DNA of 64,000 bases from Bispira polyomma (Eukaryota). Both the position numbers and the translations under genes were made by a program. How positions within the stretch are numbered: position 1 is the stretch's first letter; each line of letters opens with the position of its first letter. The notes below the pieces were generated by a model. The model worked only from the letters and a program-made list of their open reading frames with translations. It ran no database searches and was not told where the DNA came from. The stretch covers positions 68,138,001 to 68,202,000 of the forward strand of contig OZ287748.1 of NCBI GenBank assembly GCA_965649765.1, given 5' to 3'. Shown here piece after piece: positions 62,112 through 64,000 of this stretch.

Positions 62112-64000
62112 TTCTGCCACGATTATTTCAAACAGTTGAAAACAATCATGGCAGTGTACTAAACAGTGACATACGTTCCCGGAATGATATAATAGGTTAT
62201 GCAACGTCACGGAACAAACTCATCAGGGATCCTCACGCCATCATTACCTTTAAAGAAATAGCCCTTGTAAAATCAAAAACACTTCTCAACTGTTCCATGC
62301 TTTTACGAACAACTCTGTCATAAATAATAACAATCATTTGATATAGTGCAGTTATGAACATCACTGTTATCTAATGCGCTTTGAAAATATTACCCCAGCC
62401 AGGATTTTTCCATTTCCCAACCAATTGTTCAGTCTCTGCTCACTCAGGAAGCATACTAGCCATGCTGCCACATACAGCGCAAAAATAACACCCAGTTGAA
62501 CTTAGACTGCTTGATACACTTTCTGGTTTTAGGAGAAGGCTTAAAACCTATCTCTTCAGGCTCGCCTATCTGCCGCAGTCCTCTTCCTGTGCGCTGACGC
62601 ACCCATCCTTACGACCTGGCTATGTTTTTTTCATTTTTCTATTGGCTGATTGAATCTGATGTTGCTCTTAGAAGATGCCTCAATAAGGCGTGTTAAAATG
62701 TACAATACAATTAAAAATCCAAAATACAATACACTACTATTAGCAGCCAGGTATTCGTTTATACACCTGGGTGGAGAGGGACATCTTTATGTGAAGTACC
62801 TTGCCCAAGAGTACAATCTCCAGGCCAGCAGCGAGGACAGAGCCTGGACCATCAGATCCAAAGTCAAACACTCAAACCACTAGATCACAATAGTAATTTT
62901 CATTTTCTTCAAAGAATCCTACGGCCTTCCGAGTTTTGTGGACACTGTTACAAAGTGTTTTACAACTGAAAACCTAGTATTTTAGTGTATTATCCTAAAA
63001 CAGAGAGGACAAAGAAGTCCCCACATAGCAGGTAAATATCATCTTTAAAGTTCAAAACAAGGATTTCACCGGGAAAAAAAAAAGTGACAAGGAATGAAAA
63101 GTTCAAGGGCAAGTAGATACAACATGAAACATGTTTATGGGAAGCTTCTTTTGTTTGTTTTTCTTTCCCTTCCGGGAAAATGCTTCAGTAAAGAACTTAT
63201 GGTTTCCTCTCAGGAAATTATCTGATTGATATTTGTATTAAGGTTTCATTTAAACAAAAACCAAGAAAAGATTTATTCCTTAATTGTATTCACATTTTCT
63301 GTTTTACTACCTAATTATAAATTAAATTATTACTTACTAACTCTAATTTAATCCATAACATTTTGGATTATATAAAGAAGACGTAAAACTCATTTACAGG
63401 GGCCTACAAACTGCTAAAAACACTTGTTGTACCAGAGATAGAATGTTAAAACAAATAACTAGGTGCCTTTGGCTTCTATTAGATTTAAATGAGCCACTTA
63501 CCGGGCGCGGGGGGGGGGGGGGGGGGGATAAAGGTACATTAAGGACTAAGGTGTGTATAGTATAGTGTGGCTATTGTCATCACCAACTCAACAAGACTGA
63601 AATAGAAAGATCAAATGGTAAGCTTCTCCTCCTTGGGATATTTAAGCCTTTTTACTTTTTATTAATTTACAGCATCATGTTAGAGATTGAAAACTCTACA
63701 CCCCCGTTATATTGTATGACGATAGATATTTTCACATCAGTTTGCAAAATACTGTAGGGGTTTAGGGAACTGGGTAAACAAATCTAAAAAGTGTTTCCAG
63801 TGATCTGAGGTCAACTGGGGAGATTGTTCCATAACAAGGGGGTGCCACTATGGTCGTCAAGGTTTGCTTGGGGATGACCATTTATCAACGTTCCCAAGGA
63901 TCTTTAATCTGCCACTGGAGATAGTACCCATTGACAGAGGACTGCTATTTTAAGTAGCCATCCAAGCCAATAGGCAAACTTGTGTTAACATTTTGTCCAA

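Noticed and set aside
54901-64000. Missing 5' receptor exons (signal peptide, first VFT lobe)
   Set aside because: No matching motifs were found in any listed ORF or by eye. They are probably outside the window, although a small exon could have been missed.

Overview
AT-rich, repeat-dense animal genomic DNA. The SINE types suggest a lophotrochozoan, probably a mollusc (inference). The window is dominated by one minus-strand gene, a group I (GRM1/GRM5-type) metabotropic glutamate receptor. Eight coding exons join with consistent GT-AG phases: 54456-54210, 43635-43403, 43191-42945, 40338-40140, 33317-33194, 29994-29291, 26331-26141 and 17144-15830. The 5' exon(s) lie beyond the right edge. At the left end is a second, partly hidden minus-strand gene: three phase-consistent exons (3157-3109, 2580-2450, 1556-1372) of a CSAD/GADL1/GAD-family PLP decarboxylase with an in-frame TGA, probably a pseudogene. 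Also present are an intronic tRNA-Asp(GTC), a solo LTR with a 4-bp TSD, a decayed DIRS/Ngaro-like retroelement, three tRNA-derived SINE families (about 10 copies of the youngest, most with TSDs), L2-like LINE 3' ends, many MITEs and several minisatellites. The most unusual structure is a ~0.9-kb array built from tandem duplications of the receptor's own 3' splice site plus the start of the TM7 exon. It puts about 14 extra AG|GTGA junctions ahead of the real acceptor. Three are in frame, and the rest would give tail-less receptors. Each regenerates a donor-like AAG|GTGA junction after splicing, so the array could act as a recursive-splicing ratchet. All coordinates were read by eye and no searches were run.
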